Source: Mobula hypostoma
Lineage: Eukaryota
DNA: 64,000 nt
Assembly (NCBI RefSeq): GCF_963921235.1
Contig: NC_086097.1
Coordinates: forward strand, 169,634,001-169,698,000
Reading direction: 5' to 3'
A model generated the notes under the pieces. It worked only from the letters and a program-made list of their open reading frames with translations. It made no database searches and was not told the origin of the DNA. Position numbers and translations under genes: made by a program. Of the stretch, positions 51,337-63,800 are shown piece after piece. Positions within the stretch are counted from its first letter, which is position 1; each line of letters begins with the position of its first letter.

Positions 51337-52950
51337 GCAACACACATCAAAGTTGCTGGTGAACGCGGCAGGCCAGGCAGCGTCTCTAGGAAGAGGTACA
51401 GTCGACGTTTTGGGCCGAGACTCTTCGTCAGGACTAACTGAAGGAAGAGTTAGTAAGAGATTTGAAAGTGGGAGGGGGAGCGGGAGATCCAAAAAGATAG
51501 GAGAAGACAGGACGGGGAGGGATGGAGCCAAGAGCTGGACAGGTGATTGGCAAAAGGGATATGAGAGGATCATGGGACAGGAGGTCCGGGGAGAAAGACC
51601 GGTGGTGGGGGGAACCAGAGGATGGGCAAGGGGTATAGTCAGAGGGACAGAGGGAGAAAAAGGAGAGAGAGAGAAAGAATGTGTGTATAAAAATAAATAA
51701 CGGATGGGGTACGAGGGGGAGGTGGGGCATTAGCAGCAGTTAGAGAAGTCAATGTTCACGCCATCAGGTTGGAGGCTACCCAGACGGAATATAAGGTGTT
51801 GTTCCTCCAACCTGAGTGTGGCTTCATCTTTACAGTAGAGGAGGCCATGGATAGACATGTCAGAATGGGAATGGGATGTGGAATTAAAATGTGTGGCCAC
51901 TGGGAGATCCTGCTTTCTCTGGCGGACAGAGCGTAGGTGTTCAGCAAAGCGGTCTCCCAGTCTGCGTTGGGTCTCGCCAATATATAGAAGGCCACATCGG
52001 GAGCACCGGACGCAGTATATCACCCCAGCCGACTCACAGGTGAAGTGTCGCCTCACCCGGAAGGACTGTCTGGGGCCCTGAATGGTGGTAAGGGAGGAAG
52101 TGTAAGGGCATGTGTAGCACTTGTTCTGCTTACAAGGATAAGTGCCAGAAGGGAGACCAGCGGGGAGGGATGGGAGGGACAAATGGACAAGGGAGTCGCG
52201 TGGGGAGCAATCCCTGTGGAAGGCAGGGGGGGGGAGGGAAAGATGTGCTTAGTGGTGGGATCCCATTGGAGGTGGCGGAAGTTACTGAGAATAATATGTT
52301 GGACCTGGAGGCTGGTGGGGTGGTAGGTGAGGACCAGGGGAACCCTATTCCTAGTGGGGTGGCGGGAGGATGGAGTCAGAGCAGATGTGCGTGAAATGGG
52401 GGAGATGCGTTTGCGAGCAGAGTTGATGGTAGAGGAAGGAAAACCCCTTTCTTTAAAAAAGGAGGACATCTCCCTCATCCTGGAATGAAAAGCCTCATCC
52501 TGAGAGCAGATGCGGCGGAGACGGAGGAATTACGAGAAGGGGATGGCATTTTTGCAAGAGACAGGGTGAGAAGAGGAATAGTCCAGATAGCTGTGAGAGT
52601 CAGTAGGCTTATAGTAGACATCAGTGGATAAGCTGTCTCCAGAGACAGAAACAGAAAGATCTAGAAAGGGGAGGGAGGTGTCGGAAATGGACCAGGTAAA
52701 CTTGAGGGCAGGGTGAAAGTCGGAGGCAAAGTTAATAAAGTCAACGAGCTCAGCATGTGTGCAGGAAGCAGCGCCAATGCAGTCGTCGATGTGACGAAGG
52801 AAAAGTGGGGGACAGATACCAGAATAGGCACGGAACATAGATTGTTCCACAAACCCAACAAAAAGACAGGCATAGCTAGGACCCATACGGGTGCCCATAG
52901 CTACACCTTTAGTTTGGAGGAAGTGGGAGGAGTCAAAGGAGAAATTATTA
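51337..52950 (-). mobile_element. Neptune-like PLE, 5'-truncated: RT C-half, linker, GIY-YIG endonuclease, 3' tail
   Basis: MGTRMGPSYACLF, FLRHIDD (YIDD mutated), TDVYYKPTD, CxxxxCxxC linker, VIY...YIGET, RFAEH, PVATHF, RLEEQ; frameshifted near the poly-C run at ~52230. Confidence 0.93.
51399..51436 (-). ncRNA. Minimal hammerhead motif, probably inactive (GAAA changed to AAAA)
   Basis: Reverse complement: TAGTC-CTGACGA-A-GAGTCTCGGCCC-AAAA-CG-TC-GACTG. Confidence 0.6.
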
Positions 52951-54109
52951 AGAGTTATATTTATGTGAACAATTAAATTCTTTAATCAAGGAAATGCAGC
53001 CAATGAGCCTAGGACATGGATTGTGAAAGCAACTGCCTCCCAACTCCGCCCATAACCCCTCCCCAATCTGACCACCTGTCCGACATTCTTCATCCTTCCT
53101 CAGTACACCAATCACCTGCCAGCCTCTGTCTCACCCTTATCCCTCTCTTCACACCGGCTACCTTTCACTCTCCGCTTTAGACCCTGACCCAGAACGTCAA
53201 CAATTTCATCACACACACACACCCCCACCCACCCACCACACACACACACTGTCCAATCCGTTGAGTTCCTCCAGCACATTATTTATTACTCCTTGGTTAC
53301 AGGGATTTCTAATTAGATAGGGATAAAAAGAAGCAACATGTGAAATATTGTTCAAAGAAATGATTGAAACTGTGAGGAGTGATGGAAAAGTCAACAACTG
53401 AGTTAACCTGAGGCACTTTCAGAGGCTGGTCTCAATACTGGTCCCAAGTTACCAGAGGGAGACAGAACTACAAATAATTCAGGTAATCCAGTAAAAAATG
53501 GTCATTAAAATAGGGGATTTCTATTTTAAAAATGGTAGTTGCAAGTGATATCTTGTTAAAAGTATAAATGATGCAGATTTTTTGGAATGTATACAAGAAA
53601 AAAAAGTTAACCAGTATTTATCAATTTCAACAAGATAGGCAACACTTCGCAACTTTCTCTGATTGAAATAGTGGAAGCAGTCATTGTCATGGCTATCCCT
53701 TGAGGTCGAGGATGATGGTCTTCATTCTGAAGAAGTGGCCTACAGAGCGAAGATGCCCGTGCATGTATTTGTTTAACGTGTACTTGATGTTGCGCTCCAA
53801 GAAGCACACGATACTTCACAAATCAACCAACTGATTCCAATGGCATGGAAACCACGATGATTGGAGCTGATGGATTTGTTGCAGCTTCATCCGACTTCAC
53901 AGCCGTTGAGTTCAAAGTAACTTCGTCCACCTGTTCCACCGTTGAGGTCTTGTTTGGATTGCTCTTTGTCAGGGACCTCACCCTCGACCTTACCGCCATG
54001 GGTGACTTCTCTTGGGATCACAGGACCACACAAGCTTCTCTACCACAACAAGGTGACAATCCACGGAGAAGCAGTAACAGCAAGAACACAATAGTAGTAA
54101 TGATTATAA

Positions 54110-54775
54110 ATTAGATTATGAGAACACTCAGTCCTCTTTTATTGTCATTTCGAAATGCATACATGCATTAAGAAATGATACAATGTTTCTCCAGAGTGAT
54201 ATCACAGAAAACAGGACAAAACAAAGACTAACACTGACAGAACCACATAATTATAACATATAGTTACAGCAGTGCAAAGCAATACCATAATTTGATGAAG
54301 AACAAACCACGGGCACGGTAAAAAAAATCTCAAAGTTCCCGAGTCGATCGACTCCCGAGTCCCCGATAGCAGGTGGCAAAAGGGAGAAACTCCCTGCCAT
54401 AAACTTCCAGGCACCATCAAGTTGCCGATGCCTTGGAAGCAGCCGACCACAGCCAACACTGAGTCCATCCGTCTGAAAACTTCGAGCCTCCGACCAGCCC
54501 CTCCGATACAGCCTCCCGAGCGCCGTCCTCTGCTGAGTACCTTCGACCTCGTCCCGAATGCTGAAACAAGCAAAGCCGAGGATTCGGGGCCTTCTGCTCC
54601 AGAGATTCCGGTTACCACACAGTAGCAGCGGCAGCGAAGTGGGCATTTCAGAAGTTTTCCAGATGTTCCTCCGTACTCTCATGTCCGTCTCCATCAAATC
54701 AGAATTGTGCACAGTCCCCTACTTGACAGATTACAGATATTCATCACCGGAGAGGCCACATGTGCTGCTGCTGCC
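54110..54775 (-). mobile_element. Unclassified CpG-rich non-autonomous retroelement
   Basis: Abrupt CpG-rich block; minus strand ends AATAAAAGAGG...CATAATCTAA like a LINE tail; AAATT present at both edges; no RT motifs. Confidence 0.45.
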
Positions 54776-55338
54776 AAATTGGGTAGGTTTACATAATTTT
54801 GCATAATTTATATTCAGCTTTTTTCTTGTGAATGTTTATCTGAGTTATGAGCTTGTGATGCTGTTGCAAGTAAGTTTTTCACTGAACTTACGCATACATA
54901 CATTATAGTTGTGCAGATGACAACAAACTGGACTATGACTTCAATGAAATGATGGACAGAAACAACATTAACAGAGGAATAAAAGGTCCTAATCAGGGAA
55001 AGGCAAATGTTATGATACAGAGATGCAGTTTAGCAATAGTGAAGTGGAAATACGTAAATCAGTGTTAAGTGGTAGAAGGCATTTTGATGGGGACATAGTT
55101 TATAAGCACATAACACCATAAGATATAGGAGCAGAATTAGGCCATTCAGCCCATCAAATAAACTGTTATTCAATCATGGCTGATTTCTTTCAACCCCATT
55201 CTCCCTGTAAACTGCCCCCCCATATAAATCAATAAACTATCAACCACTGCCCTAAGTACACCAAATGACTTGGACACAACACCCTCTTTTGCAACAAATT
55301 CCACAGATTTACCACCCTCTGGCTTAAGAAATTCCTCT

Positions 55339-56032
55339 ATAGAAAACACAGAAAATAGGTGCAGGAGTAGGCCATTCTGCCCTTTGAGCCTGCACCACCA
55401 TTTATTATGATCATGGCTGATCATCCAACTCAGAACCCTGCACCTGCCTTCCCTCCATACCCCCTGATCCCCATAGCCACAAGGGCCATATCTAACTCCC
55501 TCTTAAATATAGCCAATGAACTGGCCTCAACTGTTTCCTGTGGCAGAGAATTCCACAGATTCACCACTCTCTGTGTGAAGAAGTTTTTCCTAATCTCAGT
55601 CCTAAAAGGCTTCCCCCTTATCCTCAAACTATGACCCCTCGTTCTGGACTTCCCCAACATCGGGAACAATCTTCCTGCATCTAGCCTGTCCAATCCCTTT
55701 AGGATTTTATACGTTTCAATCAGATCCCCCCTCAATCTTCTAAATTCCAACGAGTACAAGCCCAGTTCATCCAGTCTTTCTTCATATGAAAGTCCTGCCA
55801 TCCCAGGAATCAATCTGGTGAACCTTCTTTGTACTCCCTCTATGGCAAGGATGTCTTTCCTCAGATTAGGGGACCAAAACTGCACACAATACTCCAGGTG
55901 TGGTCTCACCAAGGCCTTGTACAACTGCAGTAGTACCTCCCTGCTCCTGTACTCGAATCCTCTCGCTATAAATGCCAGCATACCATTCGCCTTTTTCACC
56001 ACCTGCTGTACCTGCATGCCCACTTTCAATGA
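55339..56032 (-). mobile_element. Young CR1 3' fragment nested in an older CR1 3' end (55110-55338 and 56033-56190)
   Basis: ORF 55430-56029 differs at only a few residues from ORF 60912-61511; the older CR1 sequence resumes on both sides. Confidence 0.9.
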
Positions 56033-57479
56033 CTATATCTCAGTTCTAAATGTGCGTCCCATTATTCTGAGAAAAATAGGAGACTAGTCTCCTACCAGTG
56101 AAAACGTCTTCTCCACGTCCATTCTATCCAGGTCTTTCAATATCCAATAGGGTTCAGTAAGATTTCCCCATTGTGTTGAACCCCTTCAAGTGGAAGCCCA
56201 GAGGCAACGAATGCTGCTCGTACCTGATACCTTACTTGGCACTCAAGGATGGATGAGAAAGGAAGGTTTCGTGGAAGGCAAAATGCAGGGAGGCAAACCC
56301 ATTTCACCTGTGCCCCAGATTGTGCAGTCAGAAATTTCGTTGGCATATGCCATTTTAAATCCTACCCATAATAAAAAAGTTACATAATGATTATCTTACT
56401 GTTAAATAAAGCAGTAATTTTCTTTACAACCTGAAAGTAGTGAGATGCTTTCACAGGAAACTTCTCACATCAGCCTGGCACCAGCTAGACGATTGCAAGA
56501 ACACAAAAGGTTGCATGATACATTTTGAAATCCTCACAGCCCTGGTATACATATCAATATGTAGATCATAAACATTTGTAATTACAATGCTACTTAGAAG
56601 TGATATTGTCTTTTTAAAAAGGTTAATATTAATATTTTAATGGGTTTTCTAAAATGCTTCATTTATTTCAGTCTGTCTCTGTTCTACGTTAATTAATCAT
56701 AGAACAAGGCATACAGGTAAATAAGCAACAGGTCTAACCAGTTTTCCTTTAAAAAGTCCATAATTAATTAATTAATCAATTACAATCTCCACCAATTACT
56801 AACTAAATAATCAGTGTAATCTCCACTAAAAATGATAGGTGTGAAAGAATTTTTTGTGATGTTATCACTAATATGGGGACACGCTCTCAGATTTGCCACC
56901 CCTACCATAGGGTATTACAATATTATTTATTAAGCAGTGACCATATAATGGGACTTAATGCATAGCACAGTGATGTGTTGTGAAGGTGCACCAGGTTGTG
57001 ATTCTTGTGAAGAGATCCGGGATTAACTGTCTTGCATGCATCCTTCTTGCAGAGCGTTGTTTTGTGTAACGGGGTCAAACCTGATTCTCTTCACGGAGCA
57101 TCTGTGCTCCCCCCTAAGTCATTCTCAGAAAATAGCTCATGGCCTCCCGATGCCTGTGATCAGGTTTCCTTCAGTTACAGTCTGTTGTTTTGCTGTCACT
57201 GGCCTCTATGTGAAGATTCTGATGTTACATTTCTCCCATTATCACAATTACCGTAATATTCTTTGTCAACATTCCCTGCATAAATGCTGCCCAACTTGCC
57301 TTCCTTCAGCGTTTTGCGTGATGCTCACAGCATTTCCTGCTGATCACTTTCCACTACATTCTGTAGCAGGAATCCCTTCATAAAAATTACCGGCACTGCA
57401 GCAGGCGAGCCACTGATAAACACAACAGATCATTTCTCTGCATTCCCTCACTTGAGCGATAGATCTTTGTGCAGCGGGG

Positions 57480-57877
57480 AGCGGATACTGGAAAACAAAC
57501 CGAAACCGCTGAGAGTAAGCACAGGGGTTGACACTCAGTGACGCGCTATCCACAATAACCAAGTTCTAAGTCAAAGAAAGTGCCTTCGGTCCTTTATTAA
57601 TAAACCAGCAAAGACGAACAATTTTGTAATGACAACAAACTAATGAAACTAAAACTAGCGATATAACAAAATAAGCGGTAGCGTCAGCGATCTTGAGTCT
57701 ACTTAAGCATTTTTAAGGGAGTCAACAAAAAATATAATTCCAGCTGCTTTTCTGGTTCTGCCTAGACTAAAGTGAACTGAGACAAAGCGTAAAAACGTAA
57801 CCATACTCATTCGCTTCTACCGTAACAAATCACCCACACAAAATATAACATAGATAGACAACAAATAGAGTCCTACA
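57480..57877 (-). repeat. Solo LTR related to the BEL/Pao LTR at 17737-18221
   Basis: Collinear shared blocks (tttattaa.aaac.agcaaa, aaactaatgaa, tataacaaaataa, gtcaacaaaaaa, agacaaagc, acacaaaatataa.atagataga, tcctaca terminus); left boundary and TSD unresolved. Confidence 0.7.
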
Positions 57878-57944
57878 CTGTGTTTGGGTCATCTTCACCT
57901 CACTCATAGCTTAGGTAAATCTTCGTAGAATTCGCTGTCTTTCA

Positions 57945-59174
57945 ATAGAGTTATAGAGCACTACAGCACAGAAACAAGTCCTTCGGCTCATCTAGTCTGT
58001 GCCAAACCTTTTACTCCTCGTCCCATTGACCTGTACCAGAACGATAGCTCTCCATGTACTCATCCAAATTTTTCTTAAATGCTGAAATCAAACCGCATCC
58101 ATGACTTCCGCTGGCAACTACAAACTAGTTCCTTACTTGAACCACCCTCTGAGTGAGTTCTCCCTCCGGCTCACCTCAAATATTTCACCTTTCACCTACC
58201 TATAACCTCCAGTTCCAGTCTCGTCCCGCCTCAGTGGAAAAAGTCTGCTCACCTTCTCCCAGCTCTGCCTTCAGCAATGTGATCTGCCGGAAGCTGATGT
58301 CTGATATCCCGAGTTCGACACGGAGAAGGGTGCAGAAGGTGCGAGGGTGATATTAACAAGAAAGTTAGAAATACAGAATGCATGAGGAAAATATTGGCAC
58401 CACATAAGCTAAACATGTAATTGCTAAGACAATAGCACACTTAAAGGCCATATCTAGGCCCATAACACAGGTTATTCCCAGCAGAATTCACGTGGTGTAG
58501 TGTAGCTCACAGACCATTAACACAGCTATATTCAGGCTGTGTGCTTAGCTCCCTTTTCTGTTCCCTATATACACATAACTGTGTGGCACAGCACGGCTGC
58601 AATGCCATTTTCAAATCCCCCAGCCCCTGTTGTTGTTGGATGAACCGCAGGTGGTGATGGCAGGATAGGTCACCTGGCTGAGTGATCCTACAACAACAAG
58701 CTCTCACTCCACATCAGCAAAACCAAAGAGCTGGTTGTTAACTTCTAGAAGGGGAAGGAGGGCAAACATACACCAGTCTACATTGAGGAATCAGCAATGA
58801 AAGAGTCAACAGCTTCAAATTCCTGGGTGGTAACATATTGGATGACCCAGCACTAAGACACAATCATAAAGCAAACACATTAGCGTCTTTCCTTGCTCAA
58901 GACATTAAAGAGGCTTTTAGCAACACTTTAACAAACTTCTACGGATGAACTATTGGAAGAGTCCTAACTGGATGCATTACAGTTGCATTTTCCCTATAAC
59001 TTAGGTTTTCAAGTTCTAGCAGCATCCTTGTAAAATTTCTTTGCACTCTTTCAAGCTATCTTTCCTGTAGGTACTACACACATTTCTCCAAATTCAGCCT
59101 CACCAACATCTTATACAACTTCAACACAACATCCCAATTCCTGTACTCAGTGCTCTGATTTATGAGGCCAATAT
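57945..59174. mobile_element. Decayed mosaic: CR1 3' pieces (minus, ~57945-58260 and ~58990-59174) around a Rex1/Babar piece (plus, ~58520-58985)
   Basis: TKELVVNF and FKFLG remnants on the plus strand; CR1-like 3' sequence on the minus strand. Confidence 0.55.
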
Positions 59175-60170
59175 CAGAATCAGGTTTATTATCACCAGCA
59201 TGTGATATGAAATTTGTTAACTTGGCAGCAGCAGTTCAATGCAATACATAATATAAAAGAAATAATAATAATAATTAAATCAATTACAGTATACATATAT
59301 TGAATAGATTAAAATTGTGTATAGAACAGAAATACTATACAATAAAAAGGTGAGGTAGTGTCCAAGGATTCAATGTCCATTTAGGAATCGGATGGCAGAG
59401 GGGAAGAAGCTGGTCCTAATTTGCTGAGTGTGTGCCTTCAGGCTTCTGTACCTCTTAGCTGATGGCAACAGCAAGAAAAGGGCATGCGCTGGGTGCTGGA
59501 GGTCCTTAATAATGGACGCTGCCTTTCTGAGACACCACTCCTTAAAGATGTCGTGGGTACTTTGTAGTCTAGTACCCATGATGGAGCCGACTAAATTTAC
59601 AAACCTCTGCAGCTTCTTTCAGTCCTGTGCAGTAACCCCTCCATACCAGACAGTGATGCAGCCTGTCAGAATGCTCTCCATGGTACATCTATAGAAGTTT
59701 TTGAGTGTACTTGTTGACATACCAATTCTCTTCAAACTCCTAATAAAGTATAGTCGCTGCCTTCCCTTCTTTATAATTACATTGATATTTTGGGACCAGG
59801 TTAGATCCTCAGAGATCTTGACACCCAGGAACTTGAAACTGCTCACTCTCTCCACTTCTGATCCCTCTGAGGATTGGTCTGTGTTCTTTCGTCTTACCCT
59901 TCCTGAAGTCCACAATCAGCTCTTTCGTCTTACTGATGTTGAGTGCCAGGGTTGTTGCTGTGACACCACTCCACTAGTTGGCATATCTCACTCCTGTACG
60001 CCCTTTTGTCACCATCTGAGATTCTACCAACAATGGTTGTATCATCAGCAAATTTATAAATGGTATTTGAGCTATACCTAGCCACACAGTCATGGTATAT
60101 TGATAACAGAGCAGTGGGCGAGGCACACACCTCTGAGGTGCATCAGTGTTGATCATCAGCAAGGAGGAGC
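59175..60170 (-). mobile_element. Rex1/Babar-type LINE 3' part
   Basis: [38 protein letters not shown]; tail AATAAACCTGATTCTGA; same family as 6550-7921. Confidence 0.9.
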
Positions 60171-60814
60171 TGTTAAAAGCTGTCTTTATCACCCTATTTA
60201 CCAGTGATGTATATCCTTCGGGGAAGGAAATCTGTTACCCTGACCTATATGAAACTACAAATGTATTCAATGCGCTTAACTATTAAATTCCCTCATGAAT
60301 ATGACACTTTGATGTATACAGACTGCTACATCCTTCACATGGACCGTTGCAATTCAGGAAGGTGGCCCAACATTGCCTTTTCAAGGGCATTCAGGATCTG
60401 GGCCTTGACAATATCACTCACAGCCCATGAGTGAAAGAGCAGCAGCCGAGAAGCTGTACCTATCTGAAATGATCTCTTTTGCACAGAGTGGGCTTGTCAT
60501 ATCGCTGCTTGCCCGTTTTACTTGCATTTGTAACAGGTGGTAATTGAAAGCCTGCTGGGCAAAGTGATGCCCAGATCATGGTGGGTTGTGTTCCCAAAGA
60601 AAGGTTTGTGTATTGATTTTGCACAATATAAAGCTATTTTATTTGTGTCAAGAGATGTGAGTGTATTTTTTTACATTATTTCCATGTGAACAACTTTAGT
60701 CTGTACTTCAAATTTTTGGATTGTGAATTGTGAACTTTGTAAGAGTGAATTTCTGTAACCCAATACTCATTACACAGGGTCATCTATAAATAACAATAGA
60801 GTCTGAAATGGTTT

Positions 60815-63800
60815 TAGAAACATAGAAACATAGAAAATAGGTGCAGGAGTAGGTCATTTGGCCCTTCGAGCCTGCACCGCCATTTATTATGATCATGGCT
60901 GATCATCCAACTCAGAACCCCACCCCAGCCTTCCCTCCATACCCCCTGACCCCCATAGCCACAAGGGCCATATCTAACTCCCTCTTAAATATAGCCAATG
61001 AACTGGCCTCAACTGTTTCCTGTGGCAGAGAATTCCACAGATTCACCACTCTCTGTGTGAAGAAGTTTTTCCTAATCTCGGTCCTAAAAGGCTTCCCCTC
61101 TATCCTCAAACTGTGGCCCCTCGTTCTGGACTTCCCCAACATCGGGAACAATCTTCCTGCATCCACCCTGTCCAATCCCTTTAGGATCTTATACGTTTCA
61201 ATCAGATCCCCCCTCAATCTTCTAAATTCCAACAAGTACAAGCCCAGTTCATCCAGTCTTTCTTCATATGAAAGTCCTGCCATCCCAGGAATCAATCTGG
61301 TGAACCTTCTTTGTACTCCCTCTATGGCAAGGATGTCTTTCCTCAGATTAGGGGACCAAAACTGCACACAATACTCCAGGTGTGGTCTCACCAAGGCCTT
61401 GTACAACTGCAGTAGTACCTCCCTGCTCCTGTACTTGAATCCTCTCGCTATAAATGCCAGCATACCATTCGCCTTTTTCACCACCTGCTGTACCTGCATG
61501 CCCACTTTCAATGACCGGTGTATAATGACACCCAGGTCTCATTGCACCTCCCCTTTTCCTAATCGGCCACCATTCAGATAATAATCTGTTTTCCTATTTT
61601 TGCCACCAAAGTGGATAACTTCACATTTATCCACATTAAATTGCATCTGCCATGAATTTGCCCACTCACCCAACCTATCCAAGTCACCCTGCATCCTCTT
61701 AGCATCCTCCTCACAGCTAACACTGCCACCCAGCTTCGTGTCATCCGCAAACTTGGAGATGCTGCATTTAATTCCCTCATCCAAGTCATTAATATATATT
61801 GTAAACAACTGGGGTCCCAGCACTGAGCCTTGTGGTACCCCACTAGTCACCGCCTGCCATTCTGAAAAGGTCCCGTTTATTCCCACTCTTTGCTTCCTGT
61901 CTGCTAACCAATTCTCCACCCACACCAATACCTTACCCCCAATACCGTGTGCTTTAAGTTTGCACACTAATCTCCTGTGTGGGACCTTGTCAAAAGCCTT
62001 TTGAAAATCCAAGTATACCACATCCACCAGTTCTCCCCTATCCACTCTACTAGTTACATCCTCAAAAAATTCTATGAGATTCGTCAGACATGATTTTCCT
62101 TTCACAAATCCATGCTGACTTTGTCCGATCATTTCACTGCTTTCCAAATGTGCTGTTATCACATCCTTGATAACTGACTCCAGCAGTTTCCCCACCACCG
62201 ACGTTAGGCTAACCGGTCTATAATTCCCCGGTTTCTCTCTCCCTCCTTTTTTAAAAAGTGGAGTTACATTAGCCACCCTCCAATCCTCAGGAACTAGTCC
62301 AGAATCTAATGAGTTTTGAAAAATTATCACTAATGCATCCACTATTTCTTGGGCTACTTCCTTAAGCACTCTGGGATGCAGACCATCTGGCCCTGGGGAT
62401 TTATCTGCCTTCAATCCCTTCAATTTACCTAACACCACTTCCCTACTAACATGTATTTCGCTCAGTTCCTCCATTTCACTGGACCCTCTGTCCCCCACTA
62501 TTTCTGGAAGATTATTTATGTCCTCCTTAGTGAAGACAGAACCAAAGTAATTATTCAATTGGTCTGCCATGTCCTTGCTCCCCATAATCAATTCACCTGT
62601 TTCTGTCTGCAGGGGACCTACATTTGTCTTTACCAGTCTTTTCCTTTTTACATATCTATAAAAGCTTTTACAGTCCGTTTTTATGTTCCCTGCCAGTTTT
62701 CTCTCATAATCTTTTTTCCCCTTCCTAATTAAGCCCTTTGTCCTCCTCTGCTGAACTCTGAATTTCTCCCAGTCCTCAGTTGAGCCACTTTCTCTGGCTA
62801 ATTTGTATGCTTCTTCTTTGGAATTGATACTATCCCTAATTTCTCTTGTCAGCCACGGGTGCACTACCTTCCTTGATTTATTCTTTTGCCAAACTGGGAT
62901 GAACAATTGTTGTAGTTCATCCATGCAACCTTTAAATGCTTGCCATTGCATATCCACCGTCAATCCTTTAAGTGTCATTTGCCAGTCTATCTTAGCTAAT
63001 TCACGTCTCATACCTTCAAAGTTACCCCTCTTTAAGTTCAGAACCTTTGTTTCTGAATTAACTATGTCACTCTCCATCTTAATGAAGAATTCCACCATAT
63101 TATGGTCACTCTTACCCAAGGGGCCTCTCACGACAAGATCACTAATTAACCCTTCCTCATTGCTCAAAACCCAGTCCAGAATAGCCTGCTCTCTAGTTGG
63201 TTCCTCTACATGTTGGTTCAAAAAACTATCCCGCATACATTCCAAGAAATCCTCTTCCTCAGCACCTTTACCAATTTGGTTCACCCAATCTACATGTAGA
63301 TTGAAGTCACCCATTATAACTGCTGTTCCTTTATTGCACTCATTTCTAATTTCCTGTTTAATACCATCTCCGACTTCACTACTACTGTTAGGTGGCCTGT
63401 ACACAACTCCCACCAGCGTCTTCTGCCCCTTAGTGTTACGCAGCTCTACCCATATCGATTCCACATCTTCCCGGCTTATGTCCTTCCTTTCTATTGCGTT
63501 AATCTCTTCTTTAACCAGCAACGCCACCCCACCTCCCCTTCCTTCATGTCTATCCCTCCTGAATATTGAATATCCCTGAACGTTGAGCTCCCATCGCTGG
63601 TCACCCTGGAGCCATGTCTCTGTGATCCCAACTATATCATAATCATTAATAACAATCTGCACTTTCAATTCATCCACCTTATTACGAATGCTCCTTGCAT
63701 TGACACACAAAGCCTTCAGGCTTGCTTTTACAACTCTCTTAGCCCTTATACAATTATGTTGAAAAGTGGCCCTTTTTAATGCTTGCCCTGGATTTGTCGG

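Noticed and set aside
61539..61541. Programmed readthrough or selenocysteine at the in-frame TGA
   Set aside because: Other CR1 copies in the window encode Arg at this position (QRDL/QRNL), so a CpG transition is the simpler explanation.
61600..63579. Long + strand ORFs (258, 134 and 93 aa; also 60889-61581)
   Set aside because: Antisense shadows of the CR1 ORF2; no independent motifs.
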